Shown here piece after piece: positions 49,963 to 59,670 of a stretch of 64,000 nucleotides of DNA (the first letter of the stretch is position 1; every line of letters begins with the position of its first letter). Made by a program: the position numbers and the translations under genes. Origin of the DNA: Planctomycetota bacterium. GTDB taxonomy: Bacteria > Planctomycetota > GCA-002687715 > DRQF01. The DNA lies in contig JACKGY010000003.1 in assembly GCA_020639295.1 (NCBI GenBank), positions 159,625 through 223,624 on the forward strand. Direction: 5' to 3'. The notes beneath the pieces are model-generated. The model made no database searches. It saw nothing but the letters and a program-made list of their open reading frames with translations, and was not told where the DNA came from.

Positions 49963-50361
49963 ATGTCCGGAAACAAGCTCTACGTCGGTAACCTCAGCTT
50001 CAAAACCCACGAGTCCGGTCTCGAGGCCGCCTTCTCGGCCTTCGGTACCGTGAACTCGGTCAAGATCGTCACCGATCGCGAGACCGGTCGTTCGCGCGGC
50101 TTCGCCTTCGTCGAGATGGCCAGCGCCGAAGAGGCACAGGCCGCGATCGAGGGGATGAACGGCGCCGACCTCGATGGTCGCAACCTCACCGTCAACGTGG
50201 CCCGCGAGCGCGAGGAGCGTCCGCGCGGTGGTGGCGGTGGCTATGGTGGCGGTGGTGGCGGCTACGGCGGTGGTGACCGCGGTGGTCGTGGTGGGCACGG
50301 CGGCGGTCGGAGTGATCGCGGCGGACGTGGCGGCTACGGCGATCGCGAAGAGCGCTGGTAG
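49963..50361 (+). CDS. RRM-type RNA-binding protein with a Gly/Arg-rich tail.
   Basis: 132 aa. RNP2 KLYVGNL and RNP1 RGFAFVEM, then a C-terminal [23 protein letters not shown] tail. Confidence 0.9.
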   Translation: MSGNKLYVGNLSFKTHESGLEAAFSAFGTVNSVKIVTDRETGRSRGFAFVEMASAEEAQAAIEGMNGADLDGRNLTVNVAREREERPRGGGGGYGGGGGGYGGGDRGGRGGHGGGRSDRGGRGGYGDREERW

Positions 50362-50414
50362 GAACGAATTCACGAGACATCGGGCCGCGGCCCGCACTAG
50401 AGGAGACGAAGAAG

Positions 50415-50618
50415 ATGGCGATTCGCGTCGAACTGCGCGAGAACGATTCGGTCGAGTACGCGCTGCGCAAGCTCAAGCGCATCTGCAGCCGTGAGGGTCG
50501 TCCGCGCGGCCGCAAGGCGATGCGCTTCTACGAGAAGCCCAGCGAGCGGCGCCGTCGCAAGATGAAGGAGCGGATGAAGGTCATCAAGCGTGCCGAGCGC
50601 ATGCGCGAGATGAACTGA
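50415..50618 (+). CDS. rpsU: 30S ribosomal protein S21.
   Basis: 67 aa, MAIRVELRENDSVEYALRKLKR...FYEKPSERRRRK, with an AGGAG Shine-Dalgarno upstream. Confidence 0.9.
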   Translation: MAIRVELRENDSVEYALRKLKRICSREGRPRGRKAMRFYEKPSERRRRKMKERMKVIKRAERMREMN

Positions 50619-50646
50619 TCCGGGCCCTTCGGCTCCCGATTCGAAC

Positions 50647-50680
50647 GAGGTCGTCGGTCCGCCGGCGACCTCGTTTCACT
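50647..50680 (+). terminator. Terminator-like hairpin after rpsU.
   Basis: gaggtcgtcgg-tcc-gccggcgacctc followed by GTTTC. The stem has one G-U pair and the U tract is short. Confidence 0.5.
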
Positions 50681-50787
50681 TGGCGTCGGTCGGGCGGCGC
50701 GATCGGGCGTAAATCCGGGAAGACTCCGGCGAACGAAAGCGCTTCACGAACGTCCAGGTCGAGCATGGAGCCTGAACGGAGGAGTGC

Positions 50788-52077
50788 ATGACCCGTCTTC
50801 CAGTCCCGATCATCCTCGTCGTCCTGCTCGCGGCCCAGCTCCGGCTCGTCGCCCAGGACGAAGCCGTCTGGGTCCTGGTGGATCACGGTCGCGTCCTCAC
50901 GGCCGACGCGGCTCGATCCGAAGGCTACTTCGAGCGCGACGGCACCTGGCTCGAGAAGCGCTGGAAGAAGAAGGTCGCCGGCTGGGAGCGCATCGATCGC
51001 AAGCACTCCGAGTGGTCGGACCCCTGGAAGACCAAGAGCAAGCACTACCGGATCATCACCAACCTGCCCGCGCACCTGGTCGAGACCGAGGTCTCGCCCT
51101 TCCTCGACGCGCTCTTCGAGGCCTACGGCAAGTTCTTCAAGGACGAGTTCGGCATCGCGGCGCGCTCGGCGGACAACAAGTTCATCAACGTCCACAAGAG
51201 CATCGAGGACTACGCGGTCAACACCGGCGGCCGGTCGGTGGAGGAGGCGCGTTACAACCCCGGCTTCATCCAGGGCGGTTCCGAGCTGGTCGTCTACTAC
51301 GACCGAGACGAGCCCGAGGTCTTCTTCAACACGGTGATGCACGAGAGCGCGCATCAGTACATCCAGGCGCTCTATCCCGGGGCGGCCTTCCCGATCTGGA
51401 TCGATGAGGGCCTGGCCACCTACTTCGAGGGCTGCCAGTACTCGCGTTCGCGTCAGGAGTTCATCGTGGGCCATCTACCCACGGAACGGCTCTTGAGCGC
51501 GCAGCACAGCCTCGACGAGAATCCCGGGGCTTCGATCGGCAAGCTCTTCCTCAACGTGCCGCGGACCCGCTTCGGTGCCCGCGAGTACGCCCTGGCCTGG
51601 AGCTTCATCCACTACCTGACCCACGGCGAGGGCGGCAAGTGGCGCCGCCACTTCGTCACCTTCCTGAAGGAGATGAACGGGGCGGGCACCAAGCTGTCGC
51701 CGAGCGAGGTCTTCGCCAAGATCTCCGGCAAGTCCTTCGCCGAGCTCGAGGAACCCTGGAAGGCGCACGTTCGCGCGCTGAAGGGCACGCGGCCGGAATG
51801 CTGGGTCGTGGGCGTCGAGGGCGACGCCGCCGCGCTTGCTTCCTTCCGGCTCCAGCCCGGTGACCGGATCATCCAGCTCGACGGGCAGAACGTGGTCAAT
51901 GCCGAGCACTTCGCCGAGCTCTGGAGCGGGCTGGCGGAGGGCGCCGAGATCGCCCTGGTCCTGAGTCGCAAGACCGACGCCGGTCGCAGCCGCGTGGGCG
52001 TGATCACCCGCAAGGAAGGCGAACAGGCGCCGGCCGTTCGCAACATGATCTCGCGGGAGGGCAGCCTGATCGACTGA
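50788..52077 (+). CDS. Secreted putative metallopeptidase (DUF1570-like, HExxH) with a C-terminal PDZ domain.
   Basis: Signal peptide. MHESAHQY...IDEGLATYFE matches the DUF1570 pattern. The C-terminal part is PDZ-like (LQPGDRIIQLDGQNV). Confidence 0.65.
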   Translation: MTRLPVPIILVVLLAAQLRLVAQDEAVWVLVDHGRVLTADAARSEGYFERDGTWLEKRWKKKVAGWERIDRKHSEWSDPWKTKSKHYRIITNLPAHLVETEVSPFLDALFEAYGKFFKDEFGIAARSADNKFINVHKSIEDYAVNTGGRSVEEARYNPGFIQGGSELVVYYDRDEPEVFFNTVMHESAHQYIQALYPGAAFPIWIDEGLATYFEGCQYSRSRQEFIVGHLPTERLLSAQHSLDENPGASIGKLFLNVPRTRFGAREYALAWSFIHYLTHGEGGKWRRHFVTFLKEMNGAGTKLSPSEVFAKISGKSFAELEEPWKAHVRALKGTRPECWVVGVEGDAAALASFRLQPGDRIIQLDGQNVVNAEHFAELWSGLAEGAEIALVLSRKTDAGRSRVGVITRKEGEQAPAVRNMISREGSLID

Positions 52078-52153
52078 GCCGCGGTCGTGATGGTCCGGAA
52101 CTTCGATCCGCGAGGGTGGACAAGGTCCCGGCCGCCGTGTTCTCATCCCGATC

Positions 52154-53794
52154 ATGCGCCTTCGAAATCTCCTGCTCCTCGTCGTCGTCCTCGCCCTCGC
52201 TCCCGCGCTCTCGGCCCAGGAACACGGTGCCGGGGCCGGAGCCGGGTCGCCCCAGATCGCCCCGGCGCCGATCGGCATGCCGGGATGGGAGGTCACCAGC
52301 AGCCCGCCCCTGCCGATCAAGGAGACCTTGAGCCGGTCGGGTCAGTTCTACTTCGATCATCTGAAGCAGCTCACGCCCGGTCAGACGACCGCGCTCTGGC
52401 TCGGCCTGGTCACGATGCTGGTCCTGGCCTTCGACTGGAGTCGCTGGCTGCGACCCCGCAACCTCGTCCTGGTCCTGCTCTACGGACCGGCGCTGCTGTT
52501 CTTCGACCTCGATGCCCAGAGCACGCAGTTCGCCGATCCGGTGGCCTGGTCTCGCTTCCGGCTGATCACCACCGGCATCTTCGGCATGCAGGTCCTGAGC
52601 CTCGGCTGGGCGCTCTTCGCCCGGCTGCGCGGCGGCAGCGGGCAGTCCTTCTTGCCGCTACGGGCGCTCCGGGTCCTGGCACTGCTCTTCCTCGGTCTCA
52701 CCCTGGCCTCGAGCATCGTGGGCGAGGGTGCCGACTCGTCGATCTACACCAACTTCGGCACCCAGCGCATGCGCGAGCGCGGCAAGCTGCCCTATGGTGA
52801 TCCCTGGCTGGCGCGCGGTACCGCCTGCTCCTACGGCCCGGCCATCTACCTGATGATCCTGCCGGCGCAGCTGATCCTCGATCGCGAGCCTCTCAACGAG
52901 GCGGTCGATCTGCCGACGACCTACGAGCGCAGCCGGGGCATGCCGGTCCGGCTCACGGTCGCGGCACTCCTCCTGGTCACCTTCGTCGCCACGGTGATGC
53001 TCGGCGCCACGCTGGGGTCGCGGGAGGTCGGCTGGACACTGGCGGCCCTGGTCTTCTCGAGCCCCTTCACGCTGGGCATCGGCAGCGACCACTCGACCCT
53101 GGTCGGCGCGATGAACATCAGCGACACGGCACCCATTGCCTTCGTGATGCTCGCCCTCCTGTGGCTCGGCCGCCGACCGCTCTTGGCGGGACTCGCGCTC
53201 GGGCAGGCCACCGCCTGCGGCTTCTTTCCGATCCTGATGTTGCCGGCGATCGTCGTCTGGCTGAAGTCGCGCGGCCAGGGGCTGATGGCCTTCCTCGCCG
53301 CCTTCGCCCTGATCGGCCTGGCCTATCTCGCGCTGGTCTGGTTCGGAACCGAGACCCGCGGCGAGGAGAATCCCGCCCAGGTCTTCCTCGATTGCACCTT
53401 CGGCGTGCAGGAGCGGCCCAATGATCCCGCCGGCATGCGGGTCGGCTACGGCGACAGCCCCTTCGGGTTCTGGGGCAGCCATCCGCGCAGCCGCGACCTG
53501 ATTCTCGGCCGGCCGGGTTCGGGAGAGAACAAGCCCTGGAAGTGGCTCTTCCTCGGCCTGCTCGTCCTCATGACCTCGATCCGCGCGCGCCGGGCCGACC
53601 CGCGGCTCCTGATCGCCTCCTGCGGCGCCCTGGCGCTCGGCGTCCAGCTCGTCCGCCTCCACGCGGCCGGGGTCCACGTCATGTGGTATCAGCCACTCCT
53701 CCTGGCCGCGCTCCTGGCCATCCCGAGCCGCGTCGAGGCGCCGGGGGCCGGCGGCGAGGGAGAGGGTTCCGAGGCTCTCGAGGCCAGGGCGTGA
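52154..53794 (+). CDS. Polytopic membrane protein, possible GT-C-type glycosyltransferase.
   Basis: 546 aa, with at least 10 hydrophobic segments after a signal-like N-terminus. No soluble domain. The family assignment is inferential. Confidence 0.5.
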   Translation: MRLRNLLLLVVVLALAPALSAQEHGAGAGAGSPQIAPAPIGMPGWEVTSSPPLPIKETLSRSGQFYFDHLKQLTPGQTTALWLGLVTMLVLAFDWSRWLRPRNLVLVLLYGPALLFFDLDAQSTQFADPVAWSRFRLITTGIFGMQVLSLGWALFARLRGGSGQSFLPLRALRVLALLFLGLTLASSIVGEGADSSIYTNFGTQRMRERGKLPYGDPWLARGTACSYGPAIYLMILPAQLILDREPLNEAVDLPTTYERSRGMPVRLTVAALLLVTFVATVMLGATLGSREVGWTLAALVFSSPFTLGIGSDHSTLVGAMNISDTAPIAFVMLALLWLGRRPLLAGLALGQATACGFFPILMLPAIVVWLKSRGQGLMAFLAAFALIGLAYLALVWFGTETRGEENPAQVFLDCTFGVQERPNDPAGMRVGYGDSPFGFWGSHPRSRDLILGRPGSGENKPWKWLFLGLLVLMTSIRARRADPRLLIASCGALALGVQLVRLHAAGVHVMWYQPLLLAALLAIPSRVEAPGAGGEGEGSEALEARA

Positions 53795-55779
53795 CCGAGA
53801 CCGAGGTCGGGAAGGGGCGAGGCCGCGGTTTCGCCCTCGTCCTGCTGCTCCTCTCTGCCCCGGTGGCCTTCGCCCCCTCCCTGGTGGCGAAGATGGCCGC
53901 CCTGAGGCCGGTGATCGATCCCGCAAGGGTCTACTTCAGCGACCAGCAGCCGCTGCTCCTCTATCTCGTTCTGCCCCTCGGCCTGCTCGGCGCGACCACC
54001 GTCGTGCTCGGTCCGGGGCTCGTCCTCGCCCGGCTCCTTCGGCGCGGGCCGCTCGCTCCCGAGCGCCTCCTGGTCGACGCCCTGGGTTGGACCGCGGTCG
54101 TGGCGCTGGTTCTCTTGCTCGCGGGTGGTCTCCGGGATCTCGGCTTCGGGCCCCGAGCGCTGGTCCTGCTCGTCCTCGCGGCGCTCGGCCCCCTCCTTCT
54201 GCTCTGGCGGCGCCTGCCCGGGCCGGAGGCGCGCCTGGTCGGCGTCCGCGGTTTCTTCCTCTGGGTGGTCCTGCCCGCGCTGCTGCTGGGTGCCGTCGTG
54301 GCGCCGAAGATCTTCTGGGAGGCGGTAAACGGCGACGGCGCCCATGCCTACGAGGCCACGCGGCTCCTCCTGCACGGCCGGAGTCCCTTCTTCCCGGCGG
54401 GGGCCGGGACCATCAGCAACTACCCCGGTCCCAACTCGCTCCTGCAGGGCTTCCTCGGCGCTCCCTTCCTCGTCCTCCTCGGTGAGGACGTGGCCGGTCT
54501 GCGCTGGCTCGCGATCCTGGCGCTGGCCGGACTGGTCAGCGTGATCCGCCTCCTGTTGCCGGAGGATCTCCGCCGCCACGCCGGCCCCAACATCCTGATC
54601 TGGGTCGTGCTCCTGGCCGTCTTCTCGGCCCTCGGCTGGTCGGCGGGCTATGATGCCTACGCCGCCGATCTCGCCTTGCCGGCGGCTCAGGATCTCCTGC
54701 TCGTCACCTTCTTCCTCGCCGCCTTCACCGCCTTCGTGCGCGGCGAGCGCCGGCGCTTCCTGGCCTTCGCCTTCCTGACGCTCACCTGCTCGCCGGGCGG
54801 CGGCCTGCTCCTGCTCTTCCTGCCGCCGGCGCGGTTGCTCGCGCGCGGACCACGGCCCTGGCGCGAGAGCCTCGAGCTACTCGGCCTCGTTCTCCTGGCG
54901 GTCCTCGCCCAGGCCCTGCTCGGCCAGGTCGCCCAGCGCTACTGGGGCATGGAGAAGGGCGGCGAGCACGGCCTGATGGCCCTGCTCAGGAAGCTCAGGT
55001 TCGTCGACCTCGGCGACTGGCGGCGCTGGCTGTGGCTGGTTCCGGGCGGGCTCTTCCCCCTGGCGATCTTCTTCAGGTTCGGTCGGGCCAACCGCGAGGC
55101 CCGGACGCTGGCGCTGGTCGGGCTGGCGAGCTTCCTCTTCTACTACCCGCTCCTGAAGACCAATCTGCACTACTTCGCGCCTGCGATGATCCTGCCCCTG
55201 GCGGCCTTCCTGCTCGCGCGCCGGACCGCCCTGGGCCGGCCCGGTTTCCTGGGTTGCCTCGCCCTCGGACTCGCCGCTCTCCTGCTTTCTCTGCCGACCT
55301 CGACCCGGATCGGCGAGGTGGCCCGGCTGGTCGGCGAGGATCTCGACCTCGGAGGCCAGGACGGCTACGACAGGCTCGATCCCGCGGCCTATGCCGCCGT
55401 GGATCTCGTGCCCCTGCTGATTCCGGCCGAGCACGAGGTCGGCGTTCCGGCGGCCTTCCTCGGCATCTCGCCGCTCGCGATCGCCTATCATTCCAGGCGC
55501 GCGCCGGTTGCGGTCGACAAGAACCTGTCGATCCGGTCCGTGATCGCGCCGGTCCCGCCCGACGGTCGCGAGATCGGTCGTGACGCGGCCTTCGTGGCCC
55601 GGGTACGCGACCCGGAGGCCTGGGAGAAGATGCGTCGGCGGCGCCTGCCGGACTGCCGTGGGCAGGCCTTCCTTCTGGTCGATCGCGAGCGTCTGTTCGG
55701 CTCGCACGAGCTGGAAAGGGCCCCCGGGGTGATGGACTTGGGCAAGCTGCGGGATATCCTGACCGGCGCCTCGCGCTGA
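53791..55779 (+). CDS. Polytopic membrane protein, possible GT-C/ArnT-PMT-like glycosyltransferase.
   Basis: GTG at 53791 overlaps the preceding stop (GTGA). 662 aa with many TM segments and a C-terminal soluble region of about 150 aa. Confidence 0.5.
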   Translation: MTETEVGKGRGRGFALVLLLLSAPVAFAPSLVAKMAALRPVIDPARVYFSDQQPLLLYLVLPLGLLGATTVVLGPGLVLARLLRRGPLAPERLLVDALGWTAVVALVLLLAGGLRDLGFGPRALVLLVLAALGPLLLLWRRLPGPEARLVGVRGFFLWVVLPALLLGAVVAPKIFWEAVNGDGAHAYEATRLLLHGRSPFFPAGAGTISNYPGPNSLLQGFLGAPFLVLLGEDVAGLRWLAILALAGLVSVIRLLLPEDLRRHAGPNILIWVVLLAVFSALGWSAGYDAYAADLALPAAQDLLLVTFFLAAFTAFVRGERRRFLAFAFLTLTCSPGGGLLLLFLPPARLLARGPRPWRESLELLGLVLLAVLAQALLGQVAQRYWGMEKGGEHGLMALLRKLRFVDLGDWRRWLWLVPGGLFPLAIFFRFGRANREARTLALVGLASFLFYYPLLKTNLHYFAPAMILPLAAFLLARRTALGRPGFLGCLALGLAALLLSLPTSTRIGEVARLVGEDLDLGGQDGYDRLDPAAYAAVDLVPLLIPAEHEVGVPAAFLGISPLAIAYHSRRAPVAVDKNLSIRSVIAPVPPDGREIGRDAAFVARVRDPEAWEKMRRRRLPDCRGQAFLLVDRERLFGSHELERAPGVMDLGKLRDILTGASR

Positions 55780-55811
55780 CCACATCCAAGGGAGCCTCGG
55801 ACACGTCGACG

Positions 55812-56504
55812 ATGCAAAGACCGAACAGCAACATCACGGTCCAGTTCCAGCAGGAGTACTTCAGGACCCGCTTCGTCTACGACCCGCGCCGTGCGCCCGT
55901 CTGGCGGGAGGTGGCCCGCTGGATCCAGAAGAAGTACGTTCCCGACGGGGCGCGCGTCCTCGACCTCGGCGCCGGCTACTGCGACTTCATCAACGCCATC
56001 GACAACGCCAGCGAGCGCCACGCCGTCGACATCTTCGAGCGACTCTCCGAGTACGCGGGGGAGGGCGTCAAGCCGACGGTCGCCAACTGCACCGATCTCT
56101 CCTTCCTCGCCAACGACTCGCTCGACGTGGTCTTCGCCAGCAATCTCTTCGAGCACCTGACCCACGACGAGCTCCTCGTCTGCATCGACGAGGTCCGGCG
56201 GGTCCTGCGCCCGAAGGGACGGCTGATCCTCATGCAGCCGAACTTCAAGTACTGCTACAAGACCTACTTCGACGACTACACCCACCTGCAGATCTTCACC
56301 CACATGGGGCTCTACGATCTGCTCGAGATGGCCGGCATGCGGGTCTCGGCCTGTCACCCCAAGTTCATGCCGGTGAACATGAAGTCGACCCTGAAGCTGA
56401 ACCTCCCCTGTCTCGGTTTGATCGTGCGGGCCTATCTGCACTCGCCGATCAAGCCGCTCGCCGGGCAGATGCTGATGGTCGCCGAGAACGAGTGGGTCGA
56501 CTGA
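55812..56504 (+). CDS. Class I SAM-dependent methyltransferase.
   Basis: 230 aa. VLDLGAGYCDF (motif I), DVVFASNLFEHL and RVLRPKGRLIL. Confidence 0.85.
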   Translation: MQRPNSNITVQFQQEYFRTRFVYDPRRAPVWREVARWIQKKYVPDGARVLDLGAGYCDFINAIDNASERHAVDIFERLSEYAGEGVKPTVANCTDLSFLANDSLDVVFASNLFEHLTHDELLVCIDEVRRVLRPKGRLILMQPNFKYCYKTYFDDYTHLQIFTHMGLYDLLEMAGMRVSACHPKFMPVNMKSTLKLNLPCLGLIVRAYLHSPIKPLAGQMLMVAENEWVD

Positions 56505-56666
56505 CGCGCGGCGCTTCGGCGGAGCCCCTGGACTTGCTGGGCTGCAATCGAGACGAACTCTCGCCGGGCGTCGGGTCCATTTGACGCAGAGCGAAGCCGA
56601 CATTTCTCTTCCGAAAAACTTGCCGCCCCGGAGAGACTGCTGGAGCGACAACACGGAGGAGCGAAC

Positions 56667-58355
56667 ATGAAGCTCTCGAAGATCATCGCAGTCGTCGTCA
56701 CGGGTATCTGCCTTGTGCTGCCGCTGGCGGCGCAGGGAGGCCCCGGCCCGGGTCCCGGACCCGGCCCAGGCCCCGGCCCGCAGATTCCGCCGGTTCCGGT
56801 TCCCGCGGCGAACCCCCTCACCCCCGAGAAGGCCATTTTGGGCAAGATCCTGTTCTGGGACGAGCAGCTCAGTTCGTCCGGAACGACGGCCTGCGGCACC
56901 TGCCACCGCGCCGACTTCGGCGGCGGTGACGGCCGCGTGGCCCTGAATCCGGGCCTCGACGGTCTCTTCGGCACCCCGGACGACTCGCGCGCCTCGCCGG
57001 GCGTCGTGCGTTCGGACGTCCTGAACAACTACCTCGCCGACCCGAACTTCGGGCTCGAGGTCCAGGTGACGCCCCGGGCCTCGCCGACGATGATCATGGC
57101 GGCCTACGCCCCGTCGATGTTCTGGGACGGCCGGGCCGGTCCGGTCTATACCGATCCGATCACCGGTGCCGTCCTGATCAACGGGGGCGGCGCCCTCGAG
57201 AACCAGGCCCTCGGCCCGCCGCTCGCCGATCGCGAGATGGCGCACGACCTGCGCGGCTGGCCCGAGATCCTGACCAAGCTGGGCCAGGCGACGCCGATGA
57301 AGCTCGCCACCAATCTGCCCGCGGACATGGTGGCCGCGATCGCGACCAACCCGACCTATCCCGATCTCTTCACCGCCGCCTTCGGCGACAACCAGATCAC
57401 CGTCAGTCGCATCGCCTTCGCGATCGCGAGCTACGAACGGACCCTGATCTCGGATCAGACTCCCTTCGACGCCTTCCTCTCCGGCGTGGCCGGGTCGATG
57501 ACGCAGAACCAGATGATCGGCCGCCAGGTCTTCGTGACCAACGGCCAGTGCATCAACTGCCACCTCGGCCCGCTCACCACCGATCACAGCTTCCGCAACC
57601 TGGGACTCCGGCCGATCGCGGAGGACGAGGGCCGCTTCGTGGTCACCGGCAATCCGGCCGATCGCGGCCGCTTCAAGGTCCCGACCCTGCGCAACGCGGC
57701 GCTCCGGCCGCGCTTCATGCACAACGGTCAGTTCCAGAGCCTGAGCCAGGTGGTCGCCTTCTACGCCGGCGGTGGCGGGCCCTTCACGATCAACAAGGAC
57801 CCCATCCTGGCCGCGATCACGATGACGCCCTTCGAGCAGCAGGCGGTGGTGGACTTCGTCCAGAACGCGCTGGTCGATCCCCGCGTCGCCGCCGGGCAGT
57901 TCCCCTTCGATCGGCCGACCCTGGCCAGCGAGAGCGGGCTCGGCGCCTGGGCGGAAGTGGGTTTCGGAGTCCCCGGCAGCGGTGGCTTCATGCCGCGCTT
58001 CCTGAGCGACTCGCCGCCGGCCATCGGCAACAGCGACTTCCGCATCGGGCTCCGGGACGCGCTGGGCAACACCCAGGCCTGGCTCCTGTTCTCGAGCACG
58101 GTGGCCCCAATCGGTCTCGATCTGGGCGGGATGCCGATCTACACCGACCCCAACGTCCCCGAGTTCGGCTTCTGGACCTACTGGCTCAACGGTTCCGGCC
58201 CGGGTGCCGGTTACACCACGGCCCAGGTACCCATTCCAAACCAGCCCTGGCTCGTCGGCTTCAACTTCGTGCTCCAGTGGCTCGTCTACGACCCGGCCGC
58301 GCCCACTTCCTACGGCTACTCCGGCACGGCGGGCGCCACGATCACGATCTTCTGA
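56667..58355 (+). CDS. Di-haem cytochrome c peroxidase (CCP/MauG family) with an N-terminal (Gly-Pro)n linker and a C-terminal extension.
   Basis: Signal peptide, then GGPGPGPGPGPGPGPQ at 56736-56780. CGTCHR and CINCHL haem sites, plus FWDGRA, FKVPTLRN and FMHNGQ. About 140 extra C-terminal residues. Confidence 0.85.
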   Translation: MKLSKIIAVVVTGICLVLPLAAQGGPGPGPGPGPGPGPQIPPVPVPAANPLTPEKAILGKILFWDEQLSSSGTTACGTCHRADFGGGDGRVALNPGLDGLFGTPDDSRASPGVVRSDVLNNYLADPNFGLEVQVTPRASPTMIMAAYAPSMFWDGRAGPVYTDPITGAVLINGGGALENQALGPPLADREMAHDLRGWPEILTKLGQATPMKLATNLPADMVAAIATNPTYPDLFTAAFGDNQITVSRIAFAIASYERTLISDQTPFDAFLSGVAGSMTQNQMIGRQVFVTNGQCINCHLGPLTTDHSFRNLGLRPIAEDEGRFVVTGNPADRGRFKVPTLRNAALRPRFMHNGQFQSLSQVVAFYAGGGGPFTINKDPILAAITMTPFEQQAVVDFVQNALVDPRVAAGQFPFDRPTLASESGLGAWAEVGFGVPGSGGFMPRFLSDSPPAIGNSDFRIGLRDALGNTQAWLLFSSTVAPIGLDLGGMPIYTDPNVPEFGFWTYWLNGSGPGAGYTTAQVPIPNQPWLVGFNFVLQWLVYDPAAPTSYGYSGTAGATITIF

Positions 58356-58527
58356 CCTGCAACCAGGGCCCAACTGGGCCGTCCAAGGGGGCGCCTCTCA
58401 CCCGCGAGGCGCCCCCGCTTCCGTTCCGGGCGTGGCGGCTTGTCGCTCTCGTTTCCCTCCCCCCGAGTCATTAACATGGCCAGATCCCGGCCCCGCCCGG
58501 GTCCCCTGGTCCTGTCGAGATGCTGCC

Positions 58528-59670
58528 TTGTCCGTTCCGGTCGGAAAGCCCCTGATCTGGCTCCTCCTCGGGGAGAAGCTGGGCGACAACGCTCAGGTCG
58601 AGCTGGTGGCCGAGCACCTGGGCTTGCCCTACGAGAGCCGGCGGCTGGTGATGCAGGAGGCCTGGAAGCTGGGCAAGCCCGGCTTCGCCGCCAACCTGGA
58701 CCACATCGACCTGGAGGCCTCCGATCGCCTCGAGGCACCTTGGCCCGACCTGATCCTGACCGTGGGGCGCCGGCCGGCGATGGCGGCGCTCTGGGTCAAG
58801 GAGCAGAACGCCGGCCGCACCCGGATCGTGCTCTTCGGACGGCCGAAGAAGTGGCTCGATCGCTTCAGCCTCGTGGTGGCGCCGGCCCAGTACGGGATTC
58901 CCCCGGCGGCCAACGTCCTGCCCATCGAACTCCCGCTGATGAAGGTGGACGAGGCCCGCCTCGAACGGGGCCGCGCCGAGGCCGCGCAGATCCTGGCGGA
59001 CATGCCCAGGCCGATCACCGCCGTGCTGGTCGGCGGCCGGACGAAACCCTACCGTTTCGGGGCGAGCGAGGCGCGTGAACTCCTGAGCGAACTCGGGGCC
59101 CGCTGCGCCGCCGACGGTGGCAGCTTCTACTTCAGCACCAGCCGCCGGACCAATCCCGAGGTCCTCGAGGTCCTCGCCCGCGAGCTGCCCGCCAACGCCC
59201 GCCTCTTCCGCTTCGGCGACGAGGAGGCGATGAACCCCTACGCGGCCCTCCTGGCCGAGGCCGATCGTTTCGTGGTCACCGGCGACAGCATCTCGATGAT
59301 GGTGGAGGTGGCCCGGCTCGGCCGGCCCCTGGCCATCCACGAGCTGCCCATCGAGGGTGGCAACCTGACCGAATTCCTGCGCCGCGTCGCCTTCGGCCTG
59401 TCTCGCGGTGGCCTGCGCGGCCGGATCGGCATGCTGCTGTTCCGGCTCGGGCTCCTCGGCTTCGCCCGCGATCTCGGCGCCATGCACCGGCGGCTCTACG
59501 CCCTGGGCGCGGCTCGACCCCTGACCGTGGGGTTCTCGGCGCCGGACGGGCCCGCCGAACACGAGGGTGTCGCCGTCGCGGCCCGCATCCGCGCCCTGCT
59601 CGGTCCGGCCGAGGCACGGGCGGATCAGCTGGCGCCGTCAACCGCCTGCAACGAGGGAGCGACTGGATGA
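58528..59670 (+). CDS. ELM1-family (PF06258/COG3660-like) protein, paralogue 1.
   Basis: IWLLLGEKLGDNAQ, PWPDLILTVGRR, AVLVGG, STSRRT, NPY and VVTGDSISMMVE. The start is assigned to an in-frame TTG at 58528 by alignment with the paralogues, and is uncertain. Confidence 0.7.
   Translation: MSVPVGKPLIWLLLGEKLGDNAQVELVAEHLGLPYESRRLVMQEAWKLGKPGFAANLDHIDLEASDRLEAPWPDLILTVGRRPAMAALWVKEQNAGRTRIVLFGRPKKWLDRFSLVVAPAQYGIPPAANVLPIELPLMKVDEARLERGRAEAAQILADMPRPITAVLVGGRTKPYRFGASEARELLSELGARCAADGGSFYFSTSRRTNPEVLEVLARELPANARLFRFGDEEAMNPYAALLAEADRFVVTGDSISMMVEVARLGRPLAIHELPIEGGNLTEFLRRVAFGLSRGGLRGRIGMLLFRLGLLGFARDLGAMHRRLYALGAARPLTVGFSAPDGPAEHEGVAVAARIRALLGPAEARADQLAPSTACNEGATG

Noticed and set aside
55488-58373. 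961-aa minus-strand ORF, the longest ORF in this part of the track.
   Set aside because: It spans the methyltransferase and cytochrome c peroxidase genes on the opposite strand. Both of those carry clear catalytic motifs, and the minus frame has none.
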